Assembly (NCBI GenBank): GCA_021613535.1
Contig: CP075494.1
Coordinates: 5,270,001-5,334,000 of the forward strand
Direction: 5' to 3'
Source: Adineta vaga
Lineage: Eukaryota; Animalia; Rotifera
Length of the DNA stretch: 64,000 bases
The first letter of the stretch is position 1, and every line of letters starts with the position of its first letter. The position numbers and the translations under genes were made by a program. The notes under the pieces are model-generated. The model had not been told where the DNA came from and did not search any database. It saw only the letters and a program-made list of their open reading frames with translations. This document shows, in pieces, positions 12,773 to 25,985 of the stretch.

Positions 12773-12966
12773 TATAGAATTGCATTGAAATCAAATAGAT
12801 TTCTTTCAAAGCGGGAAATATCGTTTCGAACAGTTTTTTTTTGTCTCTATTCAATCTAAACCTTATCTTTTGTTGATATATCTACTTATGGTTTTATTTT
12901 TTTGCTAACATGATAACAAAGATAAGAAAGAAAAATAGTTTTTCATCATGCTCATCATTTCATTGA

Positions 12967-14364
12967 ATGGCAAAACGTCGTGATAGTAGAACTTCTCAAA
13001 AATCACATCATGAAGACGATATTCGACTTGAAGTAAAACGTTTTTTTTTCATGAAATTTGTTCATTCGAATTTGATTTGTTTACAGAAAACATTAGAAGG
13101 AAAAGAAGATTCAACTTATCTTGCACCTGAACAATATAATGGTCAACCAGTAATCAATGTTCCTGAACGACGGTTTGGTCCATCACCAGTCAATAAACAA
13201 TCTGATGAATATTGTATTCATCTTAAACAAATGGATTATATCAATAAACACAGTGAATTAAAACCAAGATTTGATGCAATGTTAACACATCGTTTAATGC
13301 AAACTGTACATGGTGATCAACGACATCCTCAACAACCATATCAGTATAAAAATTCTTTGTAAAATAAGATAAATTTATGATCGATTTTTAGAGATATTTA
13401 TCTATTAACATACGATCAAACATTTATTCATGCTTATTTATTATTACATGAAAATAGTTATGAACATTATACATATTTAATATGTCATGGAATTCGTCAT
13501 CAAATTGAAGATTTAAGTTCGATTGCGGATCGATTCTATCGAGATTTTGGAAATGTTTTAATCATTGATTATCGTGGTTTTGGAAATTCTTCGGGAAAAC
13601 AATCGGAACGTGGTGCTTATATTGATGTTCAAACAGCATTTGATTATCTTCTAACATTGGATACAATTGATCGAAAACGAATTGTTATCTATGGTGTTAG
13701 TATGGGTGTAGCTTTAGTTATTCAATTAGCAAGTGAAGTACATAATTCGGAAAATATTCATGCTTGTATTTTAGAAAATGGTTTTACATCAGTAAGAAAC
13801 ATCAGTCAAGTTGAATTTCTATTCATTTCGTTCGATAGTTTAAAGATGCTGCATCAGAGAAATCAGCCATCGCAAAATTATTACCATCGAAAGTATTCTC
13901 TGTAGGAATGCGATCGATTGATAAAGTTCATCAACTTCGTGTACCTGTTATGTATTTAATTGGATTGAATGATCAAATGATTCATCCAAAACATACGAAA
14001 CAACTTTTTGAAGCGACAACAAATTCCAAACATTGTCAGTTAGAAGTATTTGATCAGAAGAAAAAGAAAAGAAACCGTTCATTTCAATTAAATTCGTTTT
14101 GTTTTCTATTTATAGATCTATGCAGATGCAGGTCATACAGATGTTAAAGATATGCCTGATTATATTAAACGATCATATCGACCATTTATGAAAGCAGTAT
14201 GGAAAGTTTATAATCCAGATCAAATAGTTCCTCAACCACCTATTCTAGTAGCTGATCATGGAAAAAGTCGAGCTGTTAGTATAGATGAATATTTTGTCGA
14301 ACAAATGCATCATGTACCATCTACTAATCTTTCCTCATGTTCATTTTTCTTTTCTCATAAATAA
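12967..14364 (+). CDS. ABHD13/BEM46-like alpha/beta hydrolase, 5 exons
   Basis: The spliced frame gives CHG, DYRGFGNSSG..SERGAYID, the nucleophile motif GVSMG, LENGFTS, the acid in NDQMI and the His in AGH. Introns are at about 13033-13086, 13344-13391, 13792-13837 and 14046-14115. Confidence 0.8.
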
Positions 14365-14504
14365 TTCTATCGAACTAATCGACTGATTGAATCAACACTA
14401 TTTAAAACTTGTTTTGGTTTTTGTCTCTCTACAGTCGTCTAGGGCATATTTGAATGACTTCTTTTTACTGGAAAAAGAAGAGAAGGGTTGCACGCTCGAT
14501 TTAT

Positions 14505-14579
14505 TGGGTGCTCCGGTAGGGATCGAACCTACAACGTTTTTGTTAAAAGCAAAATAATCTACCGTTGATTTACAAAGCA
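14505..14579 (-). tRNA. Atypical tRNA-Lys(UUU) with an encoded 3' CCA
   Basis: The minus strand reads TGCTTTG TA AATC AACGGTA GATT A TTTTG CTTTTAA CAAAA ACGTT GTAGG TTCGATC CCTAC CGGAGCA C CCA. All four stems pair (two G-U pairs in the acceptor stem). A T5 run lies about 30 nt downstream. Confidence 0.75.
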
Positions 14580-14982
14580 AAGTAATCGAAGCATAATAGC
14601 CTTCTCTCTTGGTTACAACGGAAATGTCCTTTAATTTGCAGAAATATTGACGTGATGCAATTACATGTAGTGTGTTCTGCATTCTTATAACGTTCGTGTA
14701 AAACTACACAGCCACTTGACATTCAATACTATTGATATTGAAAGGTTTTTTAGTATAGATTTCGTTCTTTTCAGTCATACTCGATAGTTATCTTTCTATC
14801 TTTACATATTTTGTTATATTATAAACAACCACACGATATACAGTTGCATCTCGAACTTCTTCGCATTACGTGGTGGTATGATCATACGTGTTTGCGTTGG
14901 AATGCATGTACACTTTGAGTATAAAAGGAGAGTAACAAGTTCATAGTTACGATTATACACATCTTAATTTCAAGCGATCAAC

Positions 14983-16600
14983 ATGACTACTCACATCGGT
15001 TGGTTGCTAATATTGATAGTATGCGTCGTTTTACATCTCGTAACTCAACAAGGAGTTCTTGCTGCTGCAATTAGTGGTGAGTACGATCGACATATTTGAA
15101 TGAGTATCTATCAATTTTTAGAAGCAACAACAGTAGATGTATCAAGTGAAGAAGATAGTACAACGGAATCAAGTTCAATCATTGGTAAATATTGACGTAC
15201 ACCATTTGTAGTTTTATAACACTATATTCGATGGTATATTCTTATTGTTGCAGAAAATTCAACAAGTTCATTCAATCTCAATGGTGATCCTATGCTGGTC
15301 AGGATTACTTAATTTCCAGTGAAATATCTCATTTCTTTTGTTACTCTATTTCCTTTCAGGCCGGTCCACAACCTCCATTCGATTCTGGAGTACAAGAATA
15401 TCCAGGTTTGGAAAGTAAAATGGATCCTAAACCTGATTACGGTTTCACATCCTACAAAGGTTCAGGTAAACTCGAAGGCAAAATAGCTGTTATCACCGGT
15501 AAGTGGATATCTTTCATTCTTATTATACATATACTTGACCCTATTTTGACTTTAAGGTGGCGATAGTGGCATTGGACGTGCAGTTGCTTTAGCATTTGCA
15601 CGTGAAGGTGCTTCTATTGTTATTTCATATTTGAATGAAACTGAAGATGCAGAAGAAATTCAAAAAGTGATTCAAGACGAAGGACACGAATGTATTTTAA
15701 TTGTTAGTTAATCAATTCCGAAGAAATTCCGTGAATCATTGTATTTGTTCATTTCTCCTTTTTTTCTAGTCCGGTGATATCAGTGAAGAAGATCAATGTC
15801 AAAAGATTATTAATGAAACTATTACGAAATTCGATCGTATCGATATTTTAGTGAATAATGCAGCCTATCAAGGAAAAAAACTCGTAAGTTTATTGTTCGA
15901 AAATCTTATGAACAACGGAATAATCTTGTTTATAATTGTAATTTTTCAGAATGAATCAGTGGAAGGATTCAGTCATGAACGAGTTTTATATACGTTCAAA
16001 ACGAATATTGTATCTATGTTTGATCTGACACGTTTTGCTGTTCCACATATGCCAAAAGGATCATCAATTATAAATGTTGCTTCTATTCAAGCGTAAGTTC
16101 TGTTTTTTATGATCATTTTCTGTACCGATTTACGTCGTTTTCGATATAGTTATAATCCAAATGCAGGAATTCTCGATTATGCTACTTCTAAAGCAGCTAT
16201 TGTTGCATTTACCAAAGGTTAGTTCAACTATTTATGATATTTCATTATGCTCTTGATCTTTGTAGGTCTCGCTGAACCTATGCTTGAAAAAGGTATTCGA
16301 GTCAATTGTGTTGCACCTGGACCTGTATGGACACCACTAGTCATTACAAGTTTTGACAAAGAAAAAAGTTCACAATTTGCAGCAGATGTAAGTGAAACTA
16401 ACGAAATGAACCATTGATCAGTTTAAGGAGAGATAAACGAACTCGACATCATTCTTTTTCTTTTCATATAGTCTCCAATGAAACGTCCTGCACAACCACG
16501 CGAACTAGCACCTGTTTTTGTTTTTCTCGCATCTGGCACGGAATCATCATATGTTTCTGGTGCAATATTTACTGTTTCGGGTGCTCGTATAACAGCTTAG
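14983..16600 (+). CDS. SDR oxidoreductase of the YghA/YdaD (general stress protein 39) type with a signal peptide and Ser/Thr-rich linker, 10 exons
   Basis: The spliced product contains [49 protein letters not shown] (YxxxK), VNCVAPGPVWTPL and PMKRPAQPRELAP. Stop TAG at 16598-16600. Confidence 0.88.
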
Positions 16601-17007
16601 GACAATTGTTAACCATAGTATTACTATCATCTTAATTAATTCAGTCGAAATGAAATACATAATTCATATTCCAGCATTTTCTGTTGTAATTTACTAATAT
16701 AAAACATTATCTTAATAAAATGTGTTGTATTTATGTATACATGGTTATACTATAGAGACAGATGTCCGTCATAATCATTTTTATTATACGTCAATTATTG
16801 CAATCTTGATTCATATAAGCAATTATACTACCTCGATAAGAATAGAGTAGATTTTGAGTCATCAAGTAACATAATCGAATATTTACGCACAGTCATTTTG
16901 CCAACGTGTCATAGAACAGAATGAAAAAAAAGAAGTATATAGGAGATGTGTTATAAAACAACAACAGAAAAGAAAGAGAAAAATATTTGATTAGAAAGAA
17001 ACAAAAC

Positions 17008-18531
17008 ATGTCGTCGTATATTCGTTCAATGTTGAATAAAATCTTTGGTAAACCTGAATACCGAGTTTTAATTATTGGTCTTGACGCTGCAGGTAAAACG
17101 ACGATTCTCTATCGATTGAAATTAGGCGAACCAGTTACAACAATTCCAACAATTGGTTTTAATGTCGAATCGCTAACGTACAAATCAGTACCGTTAACAT
17201 TTTGGGATATAGGAGGGCGTGATAAAATTCGTCCTTTATTTCGACATTATTTTCATAATACACAAGCACTTATGTTTATCGTTGATTCAAATGATAGAGA
17301 ACGATTACCTGAAGCAACTGATACTCTATGGCGTTTATTATGTGAAGATGAACTTCGTGAAATACCTGTATTGATTTACAGGAATAAAATGGATTTGGAA
17401 CATACCTTATCTCAAGAAGATATTATTGAACAAATGCGATTGAATGATATTCGAAATAGACCATGGCATATACAATCTTGTTCAGCTACTAAAGGTGATG
17501 GTCTATACGAAGGTTTAGATTGGATTTCACGTGCAGTTCAATCACCATCAAGTTATATCAAGACATCATCAGATGTTTCAACAACAAAATCAGATGATAA
17601 TTATCGTGAAACAAATAAGTCCTTACAATGGTTATCTCAAGAAGATGACGATACTGATGAAGAATTCATTGATAAATTTCAAAAACATCAATTGCTTTCC
17701 GAACAATTCGATCATCGATCATTCTTAAGAACAATCTGGAGTTATTTACAACTTCACAATCGAAAAGAAACGATCAAAGCAATATTTAATCATCTTCCTA
17801 CTTATATCAATGATATTAATGAAACATTGACTTATTTCTGGATTCAAATTGTTCATTATGCACGTGAAGCAACAAAGAATCCAACAAATGATTTTCCTGG
17901 ATTTTTATTGATGAATCCTCAAATACTGAACGAAGCAGAACTTCCATTAGCATATTACAAAAAAGAAACATTATATAGTAATCAAGCCAAAGGATCTGTT
18001 ATATTAGCAGATGTGAAACAGTTACCAAGTATTTTACCCACAGCAAATAAAGCTGTTTCGAAAGTGACTAGTGGAAGAGAAGAACAGTCTGTCGATGAAA
18101 TCGATGATGATGATGATGATGAATTTCTGAAACAATTTGAATCGTGTACATTGACAAGCTGGTCACATAGGACTCATGTTCGAATGGCATGGCTTTATCT
18201 GACACGTGATGGTCGTCGAACAGGTGTGAAGAAAATCTTTGATGGGATTAAAAACTTCTTGGAAAATACTCAAATATCATCCAAACCAACATTTCACTTT
18301 ACAATGACCTATTTCTGGATTCAAATGATAGATTTAGCAATTGCACAAAGTCCCAAGGAGACCACTTTTGAAGAATTTCTTCGTCTAAATCCTCAATTGT
18401 TGAAAGAAGATCTTTACTTTGATTATTATAAGAAAGAAACAATACTAAACAATCCAACTGCTAGACAAGAAATGGTCTTACCTGATATCAAACCATTACC
18501 AACTTTAGTCGTACAACAGACCAAAAAATAA
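17008..18531 (+). CDS. Arf-family GTPase fused to two tandem copies of an uncharacterised helical domain
   Basis: [29 protein letters not shown] and [16 protein letters not shown] are followed by two copies of DEEF..F....H...R..W..L...T.T.FWIQ...NPQ.L...YYKKET...D.K.LP. Confidence 0.85.
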   Translation: MSSYIRSMLNKIFGKPEYRVLIIGLDAAGKTTILYRLKLGEPVTTIPTIGFNVESLTYKSVPLTFWDIGGRDKIRPLFRHYFHNTQALMFIVDSNDRERLPEATDTLWRLLCEDELREIPVLIYRNKMDLEHTLSQEDIIEQMRLNDIRNRPWHIQSCSATKGDGLYEGLDWISRAVQSPSSYIKTSSDVSTTKSDDNYRETNKSLQWLSQEDDDTDEEFIDKFQKHQLLSEQFDHRSFLRTIWSYLQLHNRKETIKAIFNHLPTYINDINETLTYFWIQIVHYAREATKNPTNDFPGFLLMNPQILNEAELPLAYYKKETLYSNQAKGSVILADVKQLPSILPTANKAVSKVTSGREEQSVDEIDDDDDDEFLKQFESCTLTSWSHRTHVRMAWLYLTRDGRRTGVKKIFDGIKNFLENTQISSKPTFHFTMTYFWIQMIDLAIAQSPKETTFEEFLRLNPQLLKEDLYFDYYKKETILNNPTARQEMVLPDIKPLPTLVVQQTKK

Positions 18532-19049
18532 TCATTTGACACTTAAAAGCCCGATCAATCAAAACATAAACACGAAATAAAATTCTTTAGTTTTCATTTT
18601 TTTATGTATATTATTATATTAACAACAGTTTTAAAGAAAATACGATCTTAATCTTTCGGTATTCTTTACTTTCATTATATAATACATTTATTTAAAAAGA
18701 CATGTCAGAAGCTGAATATAAATTTAATAACTACAATGGCAATCTATACTATACTCTATCAAATATTTTTTTCTGTCTTAATTATTACAGAACTCGCACT
18801 GACTCGTCTAAGTTTAATAACATTCTTACATTAATAATATTTCAAGTACAAAATATTATTAACGAGACGACGATATCATTTTGAAATCGGTCTCGATATG
18901 TTTATTCACAAGACAAAGAAAAAGCAATTAAAATATTTCGATTACAACAAAAGTACAGAATGTAAATTTTCATCTCAAAGTATTCATTTTTTTCGAAGCG
19001 ACACACACATGTATATATGACTGTTCGTTCAATAGTCAAATGAATATCA

Positions 19050-19669
19050 TTATTTTTCCCTGACACTTGTATTTGCATCAAAAGGTGTGATTTCATTTTT
19101 AGGTGTCATGAAAATAGTTATGACAGCAAGAAGATTTACACCATTACCAGTTGTTGCCAAAATAGCAGCTGTACTCAATATTGTTGATGAATGATCAAGT
19201 GACCATTTTATACCGACGGGAAAGGCAATCATACCAAAAATAAAAGAAGCAATAGCAAGGATTCGAACACGTTCAAATGTTTTCGTCGAGCCACCGGTGA
19301 ACACTAGTTTCACTACAGCTATTGATGTAAAACCAGAGAAGATACATGCCAAAAGGAGAAACATTCGTATTATAATCAAATTCATACATTTCTGAAGTTC
19401 GTTGTCTGAAAAACGCGAACATGATAAAGACTCTTTTGTGCATGTGCCATTTCTTGCACATGATTTCCATAAACCATAACTATAAGATTTATCAGTTTTG
19501 ACAGACCTAAAACATAAAGATAATTGTTTTCAGTTGCTGATGTTCACCACATAGATAAGAAGAAGTGTATTGCTTACCACAATGGTAAAATAGCACTTGT
19601 AATATACATAGCAGTGCATCCAAGAATTAAAATACCTGCCATAACTGACCATAATCGCCCGCAAGCCAT
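19050..19669 (-). CDS. Claudin/PMP22-like four-TM protein, 2 exons
   Basis: Exon 19669-19578 encodes TM1 ending ...LPLW; the intron is 19577-19507. Exon 2 gives YGLWKSC...C (the W-GLW-C-C signature) and runs into ORF 19050-19385, which has three TM helices. Confidence 0.8.
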
Positions 19670-22600
19670 AGATAATGTTCAATTAACTATATGAACAATA
19701 TTATCTAGAAAATTAATATAAAAAATCGAATAATACAAAGTAAGATGAGTTTATCGACGAAATATAGGATCTGAAAAAGAAGTTCGATTGAATAACTATC
19801 CAAAAGACTTTTTCTAACATTAAGAATATTTCTATTACGAACATATTAAAATCTTATTGATAAAACTGTCTTCTAGGAGAGAATTTCAATTCCGCAGATA
19901 AAACACCTTCTTTCATGCATTCAATATCGTCGTTCAAAATATTGTTCTGATTAAGAAAAGAAAACAGCAGAGAGTTATTTTAAACTGTCAACAGAGAGAA
20001 ACATAGTAAAACATGATTAATCAAATCTAATATTCATATTGTATGTGACTAGTTCAAAATATACCAACTGATGATGTATGGAAGCATTGGATATCTATGA
20101 AAGAACAAAACATCTTTCTATTATATAGAGATTTACAAAAATATAGTCGTTCGATTTCTTGCTATGATTGAGCGTCAGAAAACGTATAACTCTCTTATAT
20201 TGGCTTGGCTTCAATGCGAGTTAAGTTCTGTAAAGATTAACAACCAATTTCTCATTGGATATGCAAACATTTAATTTGAATTTCTCCCAGAAAGAAAATG
20301 ATTGATCTTTGATATCATACAGCAGTTATATCTTTGCACTGAATAATATTCAAATTGACGTCAGATATTTATTCAATAATATTTACTTGTTTTCTCATGT
20401 ATATGTTGACAACCGAGAATAACAAGAGCGCACATCGAGTTATTACTTTTCTGATATCCATGATTTAATTGTTCAGTTTTGTAGAAAACTAACAAAAACA
20501 AATGACGATAGTATCTATGATAGAAGTATGGTGACATAACTTATGCGTTTTTTTTTCAACAAAAGAACCCAGAACATTGCTTCTATTCAATAATATTTAA
20601 TCTGTTAAATGACTCGTCGTTAATCGAGACAAGCCCTCATCATAAATGTTTCCATCAAGATTTTCTTCTTTTTCTGATGGAAATTAATTTTGACGATTGA
20701 TTTTAGCGAATGGAACTGTTCATGGTGTTCTTAAATCAACAAATATCTTGAGTATTACGGAAACATATTCGATGTTTACTTGAAATCTTAAGAAAGAGTT
20801 ATTGTTAGTATATAGGCAACGAAAATAAGATTAATCAGTGTTTAGTAATACATCATTTTGTTGGTTAATAATATTAGCCGATGGTCCCATTAGTGAACGA
20901 AATTTATCATCTATATTATCAACGCGAAATAATGATTGAATGCCATAACGTAGGGCAAAAAAAATGTGTACATCTGCAATCGATCGGTATGATTTCAGAT
21001 TAGGAAAGATTGGACCAGTTACTGTCTATAAATTGAGAGGATCATATTGACCATTGATTCTTTGTAGATATGACCTAAACAACTTCACAACGTCTCATAA
21101 AGCTATATTATTTTAAGATAGTTATCTACGCAGTAATATATAGTCTTCGTGAGATGAAATTCATACTATGAAACAGAACTGTTTTCTAACAGTATCGATC
21201 GTCATTATTTTTGTTTTTCATCCTCTGTAACTGCAGGCACAATGAACTTTTCTGTTATATCGTTCTCTTTTTTCCATATTAAAAAAAATCTGACAATATC
21301 GAAATTCGACCTGAAATATTGCAGTTTTGACAAATAATCTTTGTGTTTGTATCTACTACAAAGATGGGATTGAAGACTCTGTTTGAGAGATTTTGTCGAC
21401 CATCTATTAACTTAAAAGTAGTAAAATGTGTACGGATAATCGAATAAATTTTTGAGAGACTTCCAGTTGTGACAATCAATAGCTCATATATTTCACAAGT
21501 GCTCCGATACAATATTTTTCCATTTAATACTGAAAATAAATAAATTGTTATCACGAAAACATAATGATGGCTGTTAATCTAATGAACGCATCTACGAAGA
21601 CAATTGAATTCTCTCAATACGATTCGTATAGCACAAGCAATAGTATTGTCAGAGCAGAAATGAATAAAAAATAATAGAGATAAAGTTTTCAAAATGTTAT
21701 ACATTTTCCCACTTGATTTACTGCAGTACAGTGTTACTAACTGGCAAATGTATTCATTTTCTTTATTTATTGCTTCATTTCTGTATATGCTTTATACTCC
21801 TAACAATGATTATTTGTGCTTCGGACACCATTGCTCGCGCGTATTTATTACTAATACTATTGCAATAAGCAATTTAAATAATAGTAACCGTGTATACATA
21901 ATAAGATACCATAGCAGCATAATTTAGCTGTAAAAACTCGTTGGTTGAGTTCTATGATGTCCTTAAAGTAAAAGTAAGAGATGATAAAAATGATATCTAC
22001 ATCTACAGTTTCACTTCCTGAATAAATCGAAACGAGCAGCGAACAAACAGCTTCATAAAAAACAAAATATCAAACTCTTGTGACGTATAACGTAAATGTC
22101 TAAAGCTTTTGCAATTCCATATTGTTTTAATATAGTGCGTATTGTTGATCTACACTGTCTCTTTCGAATATATTGAGATAAAATCAAAAACTCGTTGTTC
22201 CCATCTCAGCTATAACAACATTTTTCCGTTCCAAAAGTACTGTAGACGATATTTAAGTATTCTCACTATTGCCGAATAGTTATTTCATGGTTTACGAGTA
22301 GGAGACAATAAGATATACATCGATATTTACAAGCGACACAATTAGTTGTACCGGATACAATACGATAAAAACTATTGTATTCGACGAAACAAAATAGACA
22401 ATCAACAGCACCGTTATGAAAAGAAATTCTTGGAAAACAAGATTTCAAAAAGACTATGAACCAATCGATTTTATCTACAAAAAATTGACTCCTTAATCTG
22501 TTTAATGTATAATATATTCCGAGGACGAAATAATATCAATCTGTTGATGTGAACTGGTTTGATTAATACTTAATGAGATGTGTTAATTTTTTAGAACGAA

Positions 22601-23401
22601 GAGAGAAAAACAACAAACTAAATAGAATGACAAGAAAATGTCGACAAGAACAGAGAAAGTGAGTTATATTTACCAAAAATCAGTACATCTGTTCATTAAA
22701 GAATGAAACTTCCCCTAAAGATATTAAAATTTGTAATCTAATAGGTTTGAAGAACAACTGTCAAATTTGTTTTATACATTGAAAGAAACCGAATACTCAT
22801 CAATATGAAGAATACAAATGCTAATTAATTTGCATTCATTGATGTGCATAAATGATTGACAGATTAATACAAGACAAAAAAAAGAGAAGAAAAAAACGAA
22901 TTTGAGAAATTTGACAAAAAAAGATGTAACGGTTGAAAACAATATAACCGTTATTTTTTCCATAGTGTGCTCGTTGAACTCATCATCATATTGCTTTTCT
23001 ATGAACGACTATAAATGAGATACATCTTGTTATTATTTCCGGAGAATGGTTGATGATGATAGGAATGTGAATAGCACCATGGAGAGATCATTTTCCTTTA
23101 TAGGATGTAATTTATAATTTTACAGTTTTGCTTTTTTTTTTCTACAAAAAGAAAAGAATCTTCATGAAAGAAAAAATTAGATTGAAACGGGTCGATTATA
23201 CATCGACATGAGTAAATAGTTTGTATTCTCATTAGAAAATCTATATCAAATTTCTTTAACGAACGATTCCTAACATATATATATATGGCTTCTTTGATTT
23301 TGTTTTAATGAAATCTCCGAAGGAACTCATCATAGACACATATCTCTTTGCCTATTTGCATACGTCAAAAATAAGGAAAACGATGCTCTTTCGTTTTCTA
23401 T

Positions 23402-23453
23402 TTCCCTCCCTCTGCCTCTGTCTCTCTGTCTCTCTCTCTCGCTTTCTTTCTCT
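23402..23453. repeat. CT-rich microsatellite-like tract
   Basis: ccctccctctgcctctgtctctctgtctctctctctcgctttctttctctc. Confidence 0.6.
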
Positions 23454-25240
23454 CGAGAAAGAAAAAGAGAAACAGTGTACAAAATAAGATGATGAGAAAG
23501 AATGCCATTCTTTTCTAACCGAAAAAATCACAAAACTCCCGACATTCTAACTAAAGAGAAACTATCATTCTTTGTTGAATAACGTAAGTAAGAATGAGAA
23601 AGTTTTTTCTTTTGTTTTTACATTGATCAAGGTATTTTTAATCAACAGAACCATCATGTTGACTCTTTTTTTCCGTCTTGTTTTTGACCTTCAATAACAT
23701 CCGTTCGAAAATATCTTCGCTACTCTTTGGAATTTCTATTTAACTGTCGTTTTCTTTTCTTTGCCAGATTCGGTCCATCTCCATCGAAAAGATCTTTCGT
23801 AGCAATCCCAAATCATAATAGAATTGTCTCGCAAATCCCATCTGTTAGCTGTCAATAAATTCATTATCGTACAAATAGAGTTAACAATTTATTTCTTATA
23901 TATATATATATATATACAATAATATCATAAACTATTTCTTTCGGACAAAAAATATGTTGTGGAATGTTAGAGTTCATACCAGTCGATGTTTTCTTCTTTT
24001 GCTTGTCTAAGTAGAAATTCTAATGAACGTTTATATCGACTAGTGAAGTCTGTCATACCTTATTGCAATTCTTAGCCGATCTAATCACTAGTCTCGAAGC
24101 CGACGACAGTTCCGTCTCTTCTTCTTGTTCTTTTCATTATTATTATTTCTATTGTTTCTTTTCTACTCGTTATTCGATGATAGAGAATAAGACTGAAGAG
24201 TATTATGTAGAGAAATTTCATAGATAGAGAAGAACAATTCTGATATGTTTCTTTTTTTCTCTAACTATTGTTCTTTTCGTTATTAATTTCAAACAATTGA
24301 GTTCTTTTTCTGTGGTAACAATGATATTGAAATGGTAAAAACTAATAAAGTTATTGGCAATTCATAATTAATTCTTTTCTCCTGTTTGTTATTTGTTGAT
24401 TTGTGTAATCAAGTGGGTGTATTTTGATTATCTCAATTCATTGAAATTGTCTTTAGGCGAGAAGAAAACTAAGAGTGAAGAATATGCGGAAACTATTTTT
24501 AGAAATCGGAAATAAAAAAGAACGTATAAGATGTTTGATAAGAAAGAAAGAGGAGGGAAAAGTAGAGAATAATACAAGCGACTTTATTTCTTCCTACGCT
24601 GGGAAACAGATGAGAACTCGACAGCTCACTTGTCCTAATATTCTAAAAAGAGATATGTATGAGTGGCAAATAACATTCAAGTCATGTTAATCTCATGGGA
24701 ATTTGAAAAGCAACAGGAATAGATGAGATGGAATTTCTTTCTTCCTCCTCCTTTGACAGCAATCACTTACGTCAGATTCTATATTTGAACATAACATCAA
24801 ACAATTCGTATTCTTTTCTTTTCTTTTCCTTTCCTGTATTATATTATAATTAATCATTTCATTACTGACGACATCATTTTATCTAAAAAGATACCTATCA
24901 AGAATCGATATTCTTCTTCCGAGTAAGAAAACAAGAAATCTTCGTAACAAATTGAAAATTATTTCCGTTTGATTTACAAACGAGAAAAGGAATACTATCA
25001 AGTACATTTTTTCTCCTCTGCCTTCTCGAACAGAGAAAACAAAAATCGATGCTTTTCATATGAAGTATAAGTAATATAATGGAAGGATTGAGTGTAATAG
25101 ACACTATATGAACAACAAGTTTTTTTTTCCAGTAAAATGAAAACACTTTTTACTTGTTTTCAACAGGAAAAACTAATGATTTAGTTTATTTTCTTTTTAG
25201 GAGTAATCATAATGAACACTAATCATTTCAATCTTCAACG

Positions 25241-25753
25241 ATGGTCGTGAGAAAGTGGCAATTATTTTTTATTTTCTTATGTAAGTTGACGAAGAAATTT
25301 TTTTTCAAAACAAAAAAAATATACAACAACATGATTTTATATAAATCAACTAGCTTTTCAATCAAGCACTGTCTATTCCATTCTATGTTGCGTTGGTGAT
25401 AATACATGCCTAGCAAAACCTATTGATTGTCCTTCAAATGTTTGTTTTAAATTAGGTAAACGAAGAAATTTTTATTGAAATAGAATCTGATCTTTTCAAC
25501 TTTTTCCACTATAGTATTTAATAAAGCAGCCGAAGAACGTGGATGTATGAATGATTTAATGAAATATTTGAAACTTGCCAATTCGGCAAGTGGACCAGGC
25601 GATGATCAATGTCAACAATTAGATTCTCAAATGGCTGGAATGTCTCTATGTAAATGTACAAGTGACTTATGTAATTCATCAACAAAACATTTCTCATTTG
25701 TATTTCCGGTTTTAATGTCTATCATATTTGTTGTTTTACGTTCTCTTCTATGA
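25241..25753 (+). CDS. Ly6/three-finger (Quiver/Sleepless-like) GPI-anchored protein, 3 exons
   Basis: Exon 25241-25280 is the signal peptide, exon ~25354-25455 encodes ILCCVGDNTC..CPSNVCFK, and exon ~25515-25753 encodes ERGC...CKCTSDLCNSS plus a hydrophobic tail. Confidence 0.8.
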
Positions 25754-25985
25754 TTATTTACTTCATCGAATCTATATATTTTACCGTCAGTTGTTTGCTG
25801 ATTTTTTATTATTGACTTTTCATTATTCTTCATCAATAGACAAGAAACTACTATCAATCATTGTTTATTATAAACTGAAATATGTACAGAACCGTCGTTG
25901 TTTTTTCGTTTTCTTCTTCTTCTTGTAATATAATAACGAGATTTGTTTCATTATAGACAAACTTATATCTTCGAAATAGAATTCA

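Noticed and set aside
14398-14682. 94-aa minus-strand ORF
   Set aside because: It overlaps the tRNA gene and has no protein motif.
20040-21140. Coding-like fragments on the minus strand (e.g. ALRYGIQSLFRVDNIDDKFRSLMGP)
   Set aside because: They are broken by many stops and I cannot assign a family. This may be an old pseudogene; TBLASTX would decide.
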